Source of the DNA: the human T2T-CHM13v2.0 reference genome, Homo sapiens
Reading direction: 5' to 3' (one strand)
NCBI RefSeq assembly: GCF_009914755.1
Contig: NC_060926.1
DNA length: 64,000 bases
Both the position numbers and the translations under genes were made by a program. Below, piece after piece: positions 24,248-36,857 of the stretch (position 1 is the first letter of the stretch; the number at the start of each line of letters is the position of its first letter). The notes under the pieces were generated by a model. The model did no database searches and had not been told where the DNA came from. It worked only from the letters and a program-made list of their open reading frames with translations.

Positions 24248-25011
24248 GTGCGCACAGCCACCCAGGGCTCTCAGAAACCCCTCCAGACCCCCATGCTCTG
24301 CCCAAGGGACTTCCTCTTCCCCCTACTTTAACCCTGTGCCCCTGGGCCTCTGGGCCAGCCTCTGACCTCAGCCCCACAGCCTCAGTCCCTCCTGCATTGG
24401 CTGCTGCCCATGGCCTGCTAACAGCGTACCCACAGATGTGAGCCTTGCTCTGGGCAGGCGGCTCTGGGCTGGCCCATCCCTGCCCAGAACCATCATGGGC
24501 CAGGATGGGAAGGGCCAGGGGCTGGGGCTGGACGCTGAGCCAGGCTGTGGAGTGAAAGTGCAGAGGAGACAGAAGAGAACAACATGCGTGGGGGCCGGGC
24601 AGGGTGGGGCCCCAGAGCCTCGCAGGCCAGGGGGATGCCTTGGTCCCTTGCGGGGCACGTGTCAGACCCAGCTAAGCTGGGACATAGGGAGGGCGTCAGC
24701 CTCAGACCCACATGCCCTGGGTGGGAACTGCCCCCACCTCCAGGCTCCTGGGCAAGTCATGCCTTGGTTTCCTCAGCGGCATGCGGGTGAGGATATTCTT
24801 GCCTCCCTGTGACCCTCGAGATCATTAAAATGAGGGCCGTCTGGGCTGGCAGGCCCTGCGAGTCAGGCAGCGACCACCACGAGCTGGGGCAGAGCAGAGG
24901 CCTCCCCTGACTTCCCTCCAGAGCCCCCTACCCTGGGGCTTCGTTAGGGGCTGGCCGGGGCCAGGCACCCCCAGGGCCTCGGGGCCTGGCTTAGGGTCCC
25001 TTGCTCCCCAG

Positions 25012-25177
25012 GTCCCCCTGGGCCCGGAGTGCTCGAGAGCTGTCATGAAGCTGGTCTACTGTGCTCACTGCCTGGGAGTCCCCGGCGCCAGGCCCTGCCC
25101 TGACTATTGCCGAAATGTGCTCAAGGGCTGCCTTGCCAACCAGGCCGACCTGGACGCCGAGTGGAGGAACCTCCTGG
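25012..25177 (+). CDS. GPC1: Glypican-1 coding exon 4 (166 nt; [20 protein letters not shown]...EWRNLL)
   Basis: AG/GT boundaries and glypican cysteine signature (CAHC...[13 protein letters not shown]). Confidence 0.98.
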
Positions 25178-25439
25178 GTGAGCCCCCACCCGCGAGAGCG
25201 GCCTGGAACTGTCTTGGGGAGTGCACGACTGGGGGTCCTGGGGGGCGGGTGGTCCCTAGCTTAGAGCTTGGACCCAGGGACCTGATCAGGGATGCCCTGA
25301 CCCGGGCCAGATCTGGGTGGTGCTGCAGGGTTGAGGGGCCAGGGTGCCTTTTGAATGTCCTGAGTGATGTGTGACTTGGGGCAGCTGCCAGGGAGGGAGC
25401 CCTGTGGGGTCATAGTTTCTTGTCCTTCCCCACTTAGCA

Positions 25440-26230
25440 AGCACCTCGGTGTGCATACATGCCAACACGTGTGACTCATTGAGGACCGGCACTTGTTTAA
25501 GCTAACACATACATGCACCGTCACATGACAGGCTGACACATGCGAACTGGCGTGCTCACTTGCTGACACACAGTGGGCCAGTGCCCACCAGTACAGCGTG
25601 TGCTCCTGGGCGCATGTGATGACATGAGCTGGGCTGACCCGCATCAATGCCAACACGTGTGTGGTAATATGTACATGCTTATCCAGATCCACTAACATGT
25701 ACACATGCTTACATGAGGGGGGACAGCATGCATCTGTGCCAACACGTGCTAGCATGTGCTGACACGGGGCCAACAGGTGTGTGCTAACGTGATGGGAGCT
25801 GACAAAATGCATGAGCTTTACTTGTACATGTGCTCACCGTGCACGCAACACACACATGAACTAAGGTGTACATGGGGGGGGCATGAGGTAAGCCAGCATG
25901 CATACACACCAGCTCACACGGGCTCATGTGCACACAAGCTGGACCAAGGTGAGCCAGCGTATGTACATGTCAACACCTGCATGAGCCAGCGTGGACATAC
26001 GAGACACGGCAGGCCAGCAAGCATGCAGAATGGCCTCTGTGTATGTGCGTGTTCACCTGTGCCCGTGGCACAGGTGCACACGTGGGTGTGGGCCAAGCTG
26101 AGTGCACGTGGCCTGCACATGTCACACGGGCCAACCTGAGTGCACACGTGGGATCTCCCATGCTGACCCGTGCTGTCAAGACTGCATTAACATGCACACG
26201 TGGTAACGCCTGTGTGTCCGCGTGTTAACG
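25440..26230. repeat. Degenerate CA/TG (purine-pyrimidine alternating) low-complexity tract in GPC1 intron 4
   Basis: Dense ACATG, GCACAC and CACGTG words. Confidence 0.7.
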
Positions 26231-26240
26231 CCTGTCCTAG

Positions 26241-26371
26241 ACTCCATGGTGCTCATCACCGACAAGTTCTGGGGTACATCGGGTGTGGAGAGTGTCATCG
26301 GCAGCGTGCACACGTGGCTGGCGGAGGCCATCAACGCCCTCCAGGACAACAGGGACACGCTCACGGCCAAG
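26241..26371 (+). CDS. GPC1: Glypican-1 coding exon 5 (131 nt; DSMVLITDKFW...TLTAK)
   Basis: tag| acceptor, |gtgcgg donor, frame continuous. Confidence 0.97.
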
Positions 26372-26480
26372 GTGCGGGCAGGAGGACGTGACGAGCACAG
26401 CGGGGTGGGGGTCCTGGATGTGGCCCCATTGGGCTTGAGGGGCCCCACTACCCCCCAAGGACCCTGCAGTGTCTCTCCAG

Positions 26481-26600
26481 GTCATCCAGGGCTGCGGGAA
26501 CCCCAAGGTCAACCCCCAGGGCCCTGGGCCTGAGGAGAAGCGGCGCCGGGGCAAGCTGGCCCCGCGGGAGAGGCCACCTTCAGGCACGCTGGAGAAGCTG
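26481..26600 (+). CDS. GPC1: Glypican-1 coding exon 6 (120 nt; VIQGCGNPK...TLEKL)
   Basis: cag| acceptor, |gtgagt donor. Confidence 0.97.
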
Positions 26601-26701
26601 GTGAGTGGCCCCTGCGTGTCCACTGGACCAGGCATGAGGGAGGCAGACAGGCAGAGGCGGGCGGGCCCTGGCAGCCCAGTGGCCTGACTGCTGCCCCACA
26701 G

Positions 26702-26835
26702 GTCTCTGAAGCCAAGGCCCAGCTCCGCGACGTCCAGGACTTCTGGATCAGCCTCCCAGGGACACTGTGCAGTGAGAAGATGGCCCTGAGCACTGCCAGT
26801 GATGACCGCTGCTGGAACGGGATGGCCAGAGGCCG
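26702..26835 (+). CDS. GPC1: Glypican-1 coding exon 7 (134 nt; VSEAKAQLRD...CWNGMARGR)
   Basis: cag| acceptor, |gtaggt donor, conserved CWNG motif. Confidence 0.97.
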
Positions 26836-27097
26836 GTAGGTGCCCACCTGGCTGGCACAGCCCTCCCTCCCATGCCGCCTCCATTGGGCTGTGCCTGGGC
26901 CAGGTGCTGTCTGCACGGGGCCACGTCCCTTGCTGGAGGGCTTGAGCCCCACTTCTCTGCGGCCTATGTGGGCTCTGCTCGGTCCCTGGAAGCTGCTGGG
27001 CATCTCAGGCTCAGAGCATGGGAGAGTGTCCTGCTCAGGTGATGGCCCTTTGCAGGGGCTGGAGCAGTGACCTGGGCTCTGCCTGCCTTTCCCCCAG

Positions 27098-27273
27098 GTA
27101 CCTCCCCGAGGTCATGGGTGACGGCCTGGCCAACCAGATCAACAACCCCGAGGTGGAGGTGGACATCACCAAGCCGGACATGACCATCCGGCAGCAGATC
27201 ATGCAGCTGAAGATCATGACCAACCGGCTGCGCAGCGCCTACAACGGCAACGACGTGGACTTCCAGGACGCCA
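27098..27273 (+). CDS. GPC1: Glypican-1 coding exon 8 (176 nt; [19 protein letters not shown]...FQDA)
   Basis: cag| acceptor, |gtgagg donor, conserved NQINNPEV motif. Confidence 0.97.
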
Positions 27274-27685
27274 GTGAGGGCAGGGCCTGGCCGGGCGGCC
27301 AAGGGGCCAGGGTTGGTGGGGGTGCCACAGGGGTGTGACTGCCCTCCGGGTTCCCCCACCCGAGGGGCCCTCTGCTCCGGCATCACCACAGTGAGTCTGA
27401 GGACGCTGTGCTGCCCAGGCACGATCACCGAGCCCTGCACCTCTGCGGCGCCCTGGAGGCCTGGCCGGGATGTCTGTTGGCTTTGGCTCCAGGGACCAAG
27501 GGAGGCAGCCCCAGGGAGTGAGAGTCTCCCAGCCTCAGGGGTCAGCGGGGATCAGGTGCTGCTGGTCCTGGGATTCCACACCGAAAGGATGTTGGGGTCA
27601 CCTGGCACGTGGGGCCCTTACAGGGTGGTGCTGCACTGGGGTCTCCTGTGGGGACCTGCCTGCCAGAGCCTCCTCTCCTTCCCAG

Positions 27686-27918
27686 GTGACGACGGCAGCG
27701 GCTCGGGCAGCGGTGATGGCTGTCTGGATGACCTCTGCGGCCGGAAGGTCAGCAGGAAGAGCTCCAGCTCCCGGACGCCCTTGACCCATGCCCTCCCAGG
27801 CCTGTCAGAGCAGGAAGGACAGAAGACCTCGGCTGCCAGCTGCCCCCAGCCCCCGACCTTCCTCCTGCCCCTCCTCCTCTTCCTGGCCCTTACAGTAGCC
27901 AGGCCCCGGTGGCGGTAA
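27686..27918 (+). CDS. GPC1: Glypican-1 last coding exon 9 (SGSGSG heparan-sulfate sites, GPI signal, TAA)
   Basis: DDGSGSGSGDG, then hydrophobic FLLPLLLFLALTV, stop at 27916-27918. Exons 2-9 total 1511 nt, consistent with a 558-aa protein given a 166-nt coding exon 1. Confidence 0.98.
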
Positions 27919-29706
27919 CTGCCCCAAGGCCCCAGGGACAGAGGCCAAGGACTGACTTTGCCAAAAATACAACACAGACGATATTTAATTCACCTCAGCC
28001 TGGAGAGGCCTGGGGTGGGACAGGGAGGGCCGGCGGCTCTGAGCAGGGGCAGGCGCAGAGGTCCCAGCCCCAGGCCTGGCCTCGCCTGCCTTTCTGCCTT
28101 TTAATTTTGTATGAGGTCCTCAGGTCAGCTGGGAGCCAGTGTGCCCAAAAGCCATGTATTTCAGGGACCTCAGGGGCACCTCCGGCTGCCTAGCCCTCCC
28201 CCCAGCTCCCTGCACCGCCGCAGAAGCAGCCCCTCGAGGCCTACAGAGGAGGCCTCAAAGCAACCCGCTGGAGCCCACAGCGAGCCTGTGCCTTCCTCCC
28301 CGCCTCCTCCCACTGGGACTCCCAGCAGAGCCCACCAGCCAGCCCTGGCCCACCCCCCAGCCTCCAGAGAAGCCCCGCACGGGCTGTCTGGGTGTCCGCC
28401 ATCCAGGGTCTGGCAGAGCCTCTGAGATGATGCATGATGCCCTCCCCTCAGCGCAGGCTGCAGAGCCCGGCCCCACCTCCCTGCGCCCTTGAGGGGCCCC
28501 AGCGTCTGCAGGGTGACGCCTGAGACAGCACCACTGCTGAGGAGTCTGAGGACTGTCCTCCCACAGACCTGCAGTGAGGGGCCCTCCATGCGCAGATGAG
28601 GGGCCACTGACCCACCTGCGCTTCTGCTGGAGGAGGGGAAGCTGGGCCCAAAGGCCCAGGGAGGCAGCGTGGGCTCTGCCAATGTGGGCTGCCCCTCGCA
28701 CACAGGGCTCACAGGGCAGGCCTTGCTGGGGTCCAGGGCTGTTGGAGGACCCCGAGGGCTGAGGAGCAGCCAGGACCCGCCTGCTCCCATCCTCACCCAG
28801 ATCAGGAACCAGGGCCTCCCTGTTCACGGTGACACAGGTCAGGGCTCAGAGTGACCCTCGGCTGTCACCTGCTCACAGGGATGCTGGTGGCTGGTGAGAC
28901 CCCGCACTGCACACGGGAATGCCTAGGTCCCTTCCCGACCCAGCCAGCTGCAGGGCACGGGGACCTGGATAGTTAAGGGCTTTTCCAAACATGCATCCAT
29001 TTACTGACACTTCCTGTCCTTGTTCATGGAGAGCTGTTCGCTCCTCCCAGATGGCTTCGGAGGCCCGCAGGGCCCACCTTGGACCCTGGTGACCTCCTGT
29101 CACTCACTGAGGCCATCAGGGCCCTGCCCCAGGCCTGGACGGGCCCTCCTTCCCTCCTGTGCCCCAGCTGCCAGGTGGCCCTGGGGAGGGGTGGTGTGGT
29201 GTTGGGAAGGGGTCCTGCAGGGGGAGGAGGACTTGGAGGGTCTGGGGGCAGCTGTCCTGAACCGACTGACCCTGAGGAGGCCGCTTAGTGCTGCTTTGCT
29301 TTTCATCACCGTCCCGCACAGTGGACGGAGGTCCCCGGTTGCTGGTCAGGTCCCCATGGCTTGTTCTCTGGAACCTGACTTTAGATGTTTTGGGATCAGG
29401 AGCCCCCAACACAGGCAAGTCCACCCCATAATAACCCTGCCAGTGCCAGGGTGGGCTGGGGACTCTGGCACAGTGATGCCGGGCGCCAGGACAGCAGCAC
29501 TCCCGCTGCACACAGACGGCCTAGGGGTGGCGCTCAGACCCCACCCTACGCTCATCTCTGGAAGGGGCAGCCCTGAGTGGTCACTGGTCAGGGCAGTGGC
29601 CAAGCCTGCTGTGTCCTTCCTCCACAAGGTCCCCCCACCGCTCAGTGTCAGTGGGTGACGTGTGTTCTTTTGAGTCCTTGTATGAATAAAAGGCTGGAAA
29701 CCTACA
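27919..29706 (+). other. GPC1: GPC1 3' UTR
   Basis: Runs from the stop codon to just past AATAAA. The cleavage site is approximate. Confidence 0.85.
29685..29690 (+). terminator. GPC1: GPC1 polyadenylation signal AATAAA
   Basis: AATAAA with upstream TGTA and a downstream GT-rich tract (29736-29768). Confidence 0.9.
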
Positions 29707-31244
29707 GCAGGGCGAGGCCTCGGGGGGAGAGAGAATGTGTGCGTATGTGTGTGTGTGTCTGTCTGTCTGGGGCTTGGGCATGGACCACACTTCCGTGTTT
29801 GGGGTGAACGTGCAGCCCCTGCCAGCTGCGCCCTTCAGCCTGTCTGCAGCTCCACCTTGCCCTGGACAGACTCCGGTCTGTCCGCCCCTCTCCTTGGTGC
29901 AGGGGAGAAGGAAAAGGCCAGGGCACGGAGACCCAGATGGCCTCCAGCAGGCCCCACCTCCCATCTACCTCTTCCTGCCTCCTGCCCCTGCTCTGGGCAC
30001 ACACAGCACAGAGATCCTCTACCCCTGGAAGGTTCTGGTTCCTGCCAGGTGGCCTCAGAGATGCCCAAGGGGCTAGAGAGAAGGAACCAGCATTGTCCCA
30101 AGGATGCCCTGGTGGTCCAGTTTGTCCCCAGCCACCTTTCTCTCGAGGCGGAGGGTCCTGTATAACCCTAGGGGCTCCCTATAGCCCCGCTCCTGTTCCT
30201 GTGGGGTCATGGCCAGAGGCTAAGTGGCACGGCGGCACTGGCAGAAGCGCCCACTGTTCTGGGTGTGTCCCTCAACTGCTTTATTGAGAATTGCAGCCAG
30301 TACAGGTTGGTCTGGTGAACATTTTTAACATTGCGCTTCCATCATCTGGGACCCAGGAATAGAGGGCCCCCTAGCAACTGGGACCTCCAGGCCCCTTGTG
30401 AGCGTGAGAGCACAGAGGGGTGGGTGGGCACCCCAGGAGGGAGATGCAGCTCCACCCAGCCCTGCTGAACTCCACTGCTTAGTAGGTCCCAGCTCCGGGC
30501 AGGACGAAGGGCTGCACACAGGCCTCCCACAAAGCATCTGCAGCCGCCAGGTCCCTGGTAGCCACGGTCCTCACTTGCAGGCCCCTCCGCAAGTCCCAGA
30601 GGCCCGGCTCCTCCCCTGGGAAATGAGGGTGGGGTGGAGTCCTCTCCGTGGCGGGCCAGGGGATGCAGCCTGGGGGCTCAGCGGGGCCCCTAGGGGACAG
30701 GTGAGCAGCCAGACACTCATCAGCGGCTGTAGTTGTGGACAACGCATTTGGTCCAGCCGGCAGGATCTCAGGCTTCCAGGCACCACCTTGCCCAGCTGCT
30801 TCAAGACTTCCACAAGCCCTTTTTGAACCTGGGCAAATGCATCTTTCATGTCAGGGAAAGGAGGACACAGGTGCGTGTGCACTCTGTGCAGAGCCGACAC
30901 CAGGCCAGGAGTGGGTGGGCAGGGGCACCCGGCTGGTCTCAGCCCTGCCTTCCCGGCCACACCTCAGACCACCAGGGAGCTCCCAAGTTCTGCCCACCCT
31001 AGTGCTGCCCCAAGAGGCTGCTCAGGGAGAGACCCCTTCCAGCCAGGGCTGGCTCTCAGTCCCTCTCGGTTCCTCACAGGAATTCCAGAAGCCACAGACA
31101 AACTGACCCACCCACACTGATGGGCAGAGAGCAGCCCCTCAGTCAGCCTCCCTTGAGCAGCTCAGCCCAGCCGTGGTGGGTGGCCCCAGCGTCTCCCACA
31201 CCATCTGCAGGCAGCCCCAGCAGGCCAGCATGGGTGTCTGCTCC

Positions 31245-31720
31245 ACACGAACATACACCCATCACACGTGCACACACATGCACATGTGCACTCCTACACA
31301 TTTACACACACAAACGAACACATACAACACCCTGTACATGCACACACAAGCACACATATCCATACACGTGCACACACTTCTGCACATGCACGTACTCACA
31401 TGCCCACATGCCCATGCACATGTGCACACTCCTACACATGTACACACATGCACACACATAGGTATGAACACGTACAATGCCCTGTGCATACACACACAAG
31501 CACACATATCCATACACGTGCACACACATCCTCCTGCACATGCATGCACTCACATGTACACATGCCCATACACATGCATGCACATGTGCACAGGCCTATG
31601 CACGTGCACACATGTAGACAGGTACACATGCCCATACACACATGCACACATTACATACATGCACAGTACACACGCATGCACTCACACAGAGACAGACACA
31701 CCCGTGGGTGCACACACTGC
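31245..31720. repeat. Degenerate (CA)n/(CATG) low-complexity tract with an internal ~150-bp-period duplication
   Basis: 'cacacacaagcacacatatccatacacgtgcacacac' occurs at 31341 and 31491. Confidence 0.85.
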
Positions 31721-32843
31721 TCCTGTCCAGGTGACCCTAAGTATTCTTTATCTGGGGACAAGGCCCTCTGTCGAGAAACACCATTTATAATCGCAGTGCT
31801 CCCTTGAGTTTGGGACAGACGACTAACTCCCACCTCTCAGTCCACCTTCCTCCTGCCCTAAGCCACTACTGAAATCATGGAAGGACCATAACTGGGCGTC
31901 CATCTCTCCAACGGACAGCATGTGTCACAGCCATCAAAGAAGTGGGTAGAGTCTAGGGAAGGTGGGATTCTGAGAGACCCCAACAAGGCCACCACAGCTT
32001 TCCTGAGGGGAAAGCACACAGGCTTCACAGACGCCAGGGCTGTGGATGAGCCGGAGGCAGTCACTGCCCAGCAAGCTCTCCCCGTGTGCACAGGAGCCCC
32101 TCCCAGATGAGACCACCCCACAAAGCAAAACCAGTGAGTCTAAACATTTCCCTCCTTCTTTCATATGGCCTGGAAATATGAACAGGAACCCTCATGGTTT
32201 CTAGCACAAACCCATGTTTACACTCAATCTGGGAAAGCACAAAAAAAGAGCCAGTAAAAAACTCATAGGAGACGTCAAAATATGCAGCATCGGCCTGGGA
32301 AGTCAGACCAAGCGTCCTGATGTGAGAATTAAAAGAAACAGGAGGAAACACTGGGAAATGTTGACTTTGAAAAGATCACAGCAACACAGTAGACTCAGCT
32401 AAAATAACCCCCTCTCCTCACAGACACGTTGAAATTCTGGAAAAAGTCAGTTTCGCAAAGTTAATACCTATCTGAGGTCACAGGAGAGCTAAAAACCTCA
32501 TGTGCTGAAAAGAAAAACAAAGTGAGAGGCTTCAATGAATGGGAAGTGGGGAGAGTGGTGTATCAGGCACAGAAATACCCTCTCAGGATAGAAGCTTGGG
32601 GTGAGGGGTACCCACAGACCTGGGTGAGGGCTGGGAGCTGGAACTGGAACCCCAGGTGACCTGGAAACCGCAAAGAAACGAAGTTCTCCCTATTGCCAGA
32701 GATGGGCCAGGGAAGCTTTTGCTGCCTAGGGATCTGGGCAGGAAAAAAAAAAATCCTCCTTTTTGAAGAATCAGTGGCTGGTGACAAAAGATAATGAGTA
32801 AATACAAAAGTACCTAGAGGGTTTGTCCACAGTGAGGAAGTGA

Positions 32844-33053
<210 letters not shown>

Positions 33054-34381
33054 TGAAAAAACAAAATAAAATCTGCCACCAGAGCCAGCAGCACCCTGAG
33101 AACTTTAGATGACAGAGCAAACTGAAATGGTCTATAAAATAAGTATTTTGTGTTATCAAAGCGAAAAGGGGGAGAAATAGAAACCATAAGGATAGAACAA
33201 TTCCATTTTTAAAAAGAAAAAACAAGGAGATTGGAAAAAGTACCAAGTGGAAGTAATGTCAGCAAGATGGCAGAACAGGGGACCCCCTGCTTTTAGCCAC
33301 CCATTGCAACAAGAATTTGGCAGCCATCCACACACAAAAGTGCCTTCGTGGGAGCCTCAGGACTCTGGTAGGAGGCTGGGAAATCCTGATGGAGCCCAAC
33401 TGAGAAGGGCTGTTTTAAGAGGGCAGGTTTGCACCCAGGTTGCAGCTCGCCAAATGGGGTCCTTTGCAGATCCAGAAATGGCCTCATCCCCCTATGGACT
33501 CAACGGCAGCCTTGTTTGGCTCTCCTGACACAGGAACCATCTGCCCAGGGATCTCCTGGAAGATACCCCAGTCCATCCCCCCTGAAGGCAGGCCCACCAA
33601 CCTTGGTTCCACTGCAGATCCCGAAATAGCCCTGTAAGTCAGCTCCAACCCCTCAGCTGCAGTCTGAAAGCAGTCCTGCCTTCCCAAGGACGTGCTGGGA
33701 GACACTCGTCTGAGTTAGGCCACAAAATCCCAAAAGAAGTGTTGAAATGGTTCTGAGTTTACTCCATCCTTCCCCAGTCACAGTCCTGGAGCGGTCCTGC
33801 CCACCCAGGGATACTGAGACAAGCCCAGCTGTACGCTGGGAGGCAGGCCTACCAATCCACGGCCGCACGCGGGGAGGCAGGCCTACCAATCTACAACTGC
33901 ACAGGCTGAAGGAGCCCTGTGACCCAGCTCCAGCCCCACTCTGCCATGGTCTGAAGGCAGTCCTGCCCTCCCCAAGAACCTGACAGGAGGCATGCCCATC
34001 TGTGCCCCCAAAGGCAGGCCTACAGACCTCAGTCTCAGCTGTGAGCCTTAAACCAGCCTTGTGACTTGGTTTCATCTCCTTTTAACCACAGTCTGGGGTC
34101 AGTCCTGCCTGTCAGGGACTCACGCAGTGACTGAGTGCACCCTTGTCCCAGAGCTAGCCCTGTTCCTCAAGGTCTTAGAGGCAGTCCAGTCTGCCCAGGG
34201 ACCAGACATGTTCAATGCCTGCTCCTTCCCTGAATAGACTCACCAACCACAAACCCCACTGTAGACTCAGCAGCAGCCATGTGACTAAACTAATCCTGGA
34301 GGCAATCCCTTCAGAGACCCAACAGATCTTTATCTGCCAAAAATCAGTCTGTAAAGGCTGAAAGAGGTGTTTGCTGCTTCA

Positions 34382-34762
<381 letters not shown>

Positions 34763-35701
34763 CTAGTAAAGCTCCAGTAAGTGATCCCAAAGAAATAAAG
34801 ATCTATAAATTGCCTGACAATTCAAAACAATCATCTTAAAAAAACTCAATAACATGCGAGATAACTGAGACAACCAAAAAAATAAGAAAAACAAATGCAT
34901 AAAATGTAAAGTTTAATAGAAAAATGGAAACCATAAAAAAGAACCAAATAGAAGTCCTAGAGCTGAAAAACACAATGACAAAATTGAAAAATTCAATAAA
35001 GAGCTTCAACAGACTCGATCATACAGAAGAAAGAATTGGTAAACTTGAAGACAAATTATTTAAAACTAACCAATTAACCAAAAAAAAAAAAAAAGAATAA
35101 AAAGGAGTAAGTATTAAAGAGTGAAAAAAGCATACGGGACCTACGGAGACCAACAAGAAAATAAATATGTGAATTATAGAAGTCTCAAAAGAAGACAGAA
35201 ACAAAGGGGCAGAAAGCTTATTTAAAGAAACAAAGGCGGAAAACTTTCCAAAGTTGGGGTAGATATGGACAGATTCCATATGGATGTGGATATATGTTGA
35301 TGCAAGGTTCAACATATGAAAACCTATAAATGTGATACACCATATTAACAGAATAAAGGATAACAATCATATGGTCATCTCAATAGATACAGAAAAAGTA
35401 TTTGACAAAATTCAACATCCTGTTTCGGTAAAAACTCTCAACAAACTAGATACAGAAGGAATATACCTCAACATAATAGAGGACATATACAACAAGCCTA
35501 CAGCTAACATTACACTCAATAGTGAAAAGCTGAAAGCATTTCCTCTAAGATCACGAACAAGACAAGGGTGCCCACTTTCACCACTTCTATTTAATGTGTT
35601 ATTGGAAGTCCTTGCCAGAGCAATTAGCAAGAAAGGAAATAAAAGGCATCCACATCAGAAAGGAGGAAGTTAAACTGTCTCTGTTTGCCAATAACATGAT
35701 C

Positions 35702-36006
35702 TTTTTTTTTTATTTGAGACAGAGTCTCACTCTGTCGCCCAGACTGGAGTGCAGTGGCGCAATCTTGGCTCACTGCAAGCTCCGCCTCCCAGGTCCATGC
35801 CATTCTCCTGCCTCAGCCTCCTGAGTAGCTGGGACTACAGGCGCCCACCACCATGCCTGGCTAATTTTTTTTTTTTTTTTTTTTTTTTTAGTAGAGACGG
35901 GTTTCACTGTGTTAGCCAGGATGGTCTAAATCTCCTGACCTTGTGATCCACCCGCCTCGGCCTCCCAAAGTGCTGGGATTACAGGCGTGAGCCACCGCGC
36001 CAGGCC
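35702..36006 (-). mobile_element. AluY-like element
   Basis: Y-type diagnostics (gcaagctccgcc, ccattctcctg, gttagccaggatgg). TSD AACATGATCT at 35693 and 36007. Confidence 0.93.
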
Positions 36007-36016
36007 AACATGATCT

Positions 36017-36834
36017 TTTAAAAAACAACTTTTAGGTTCAGGGGTACATGTGCAAGTTTCTTATATAGGTAAACTCGTGTCATGGGGGGTTGTTGTACAG
36101 ATTGTTCCATCACCCAGATACTAAACCTAGTACCTAATAGTTATTTTTTCTAATCTCTCCAACCTCTTACCCTCCACCCTCAAGTAGGATTCAGTGTCTG
36201 TTGTTCCCCTTTTTTGTATCCAAATGTTTTAATCATTTAGATCCTACTTAATATAAGTGAGAACATGTGGTATTTAGTTTTCTGTTCCTGCGTTAGTTTG
36301 CTAAGGATAATAGCCTCCAGCTCCATCCACATTCCTGCAAAGGACATGATCTCATTCTTTTTTATGGCTGCATAGTACTTCATGGTGTATATGTACCACA
36401 TTTTCTTGATCTAATCTACCACTGATGGACATTTATATTGATTCCATGTCCTTGCTATTGTGAATACAACTACAATGAACATATGTGTGCATATATGTCT
36501 TTATGGTAGAAAAATTTATATTCCTTTAGGTACATACCCAGTGATGGGATTGCTGGGTCAAGTGACAGCTCTGTTTTTAGCTCTTTGAGGAATCACCACA
36601 CTGCTTTCCACAATGGCTGAACTAATTTACATTCCCACCAGCAATGCATATGCATTCCCTTTTCTCTGCAATCTCACCTGCATCTATTAATTTTACTTTT
36701 AATCATAGCCATTCTGACTGGTGTGAGATGGTATCATATTGTGGTTTTGATTTGCAGTTCTCTAATGATCAGTGATATTAAGCTTTTTTCATATGCTTGT
36801 TGGCTAGATACATATGTCTTCTTTTGAAGAGTGG
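36017..36834 (-). mobile_element. 5'-truncated L1P (older L1PA/L1PB-type) 3' end
   Basis: 'ttttaggttcaggggtacatgtgc...ttttatggctgcatagta...tcttcttttgaaga'. Flanked by ACATGATCT at 36008 and 36835. Confidence 0.88.
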
Positions 36835-36857
36835 ACATGATCTCTTACATACACAAA

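Noticed and set aside
27274-27918. 214-aa ORF running through intron 8 into GPC1 exon 9
   Set aside because: It starts at the donor GTG rather than an ATG and is not the exon-8 read-through frame. Only 27686-27918 is supported as coding.
31120-31833. His/Thr- and Cys/Val-rich ORFs resembling metal-binding proteins (also ~25.3-26.2 kb, ~59.7-61.2 kb and ~62.4-62.9 kb)
   Set aside because: Translations of CA/TG low-complexity DNA.
35332-35673. Reverse-transcriptase-like ORF (also 46019+, 51227- and 44951-)
   Set aside because: Frameshifted, interrupted LINE-1 ORF2 remnants, not an intact or novel RT system.
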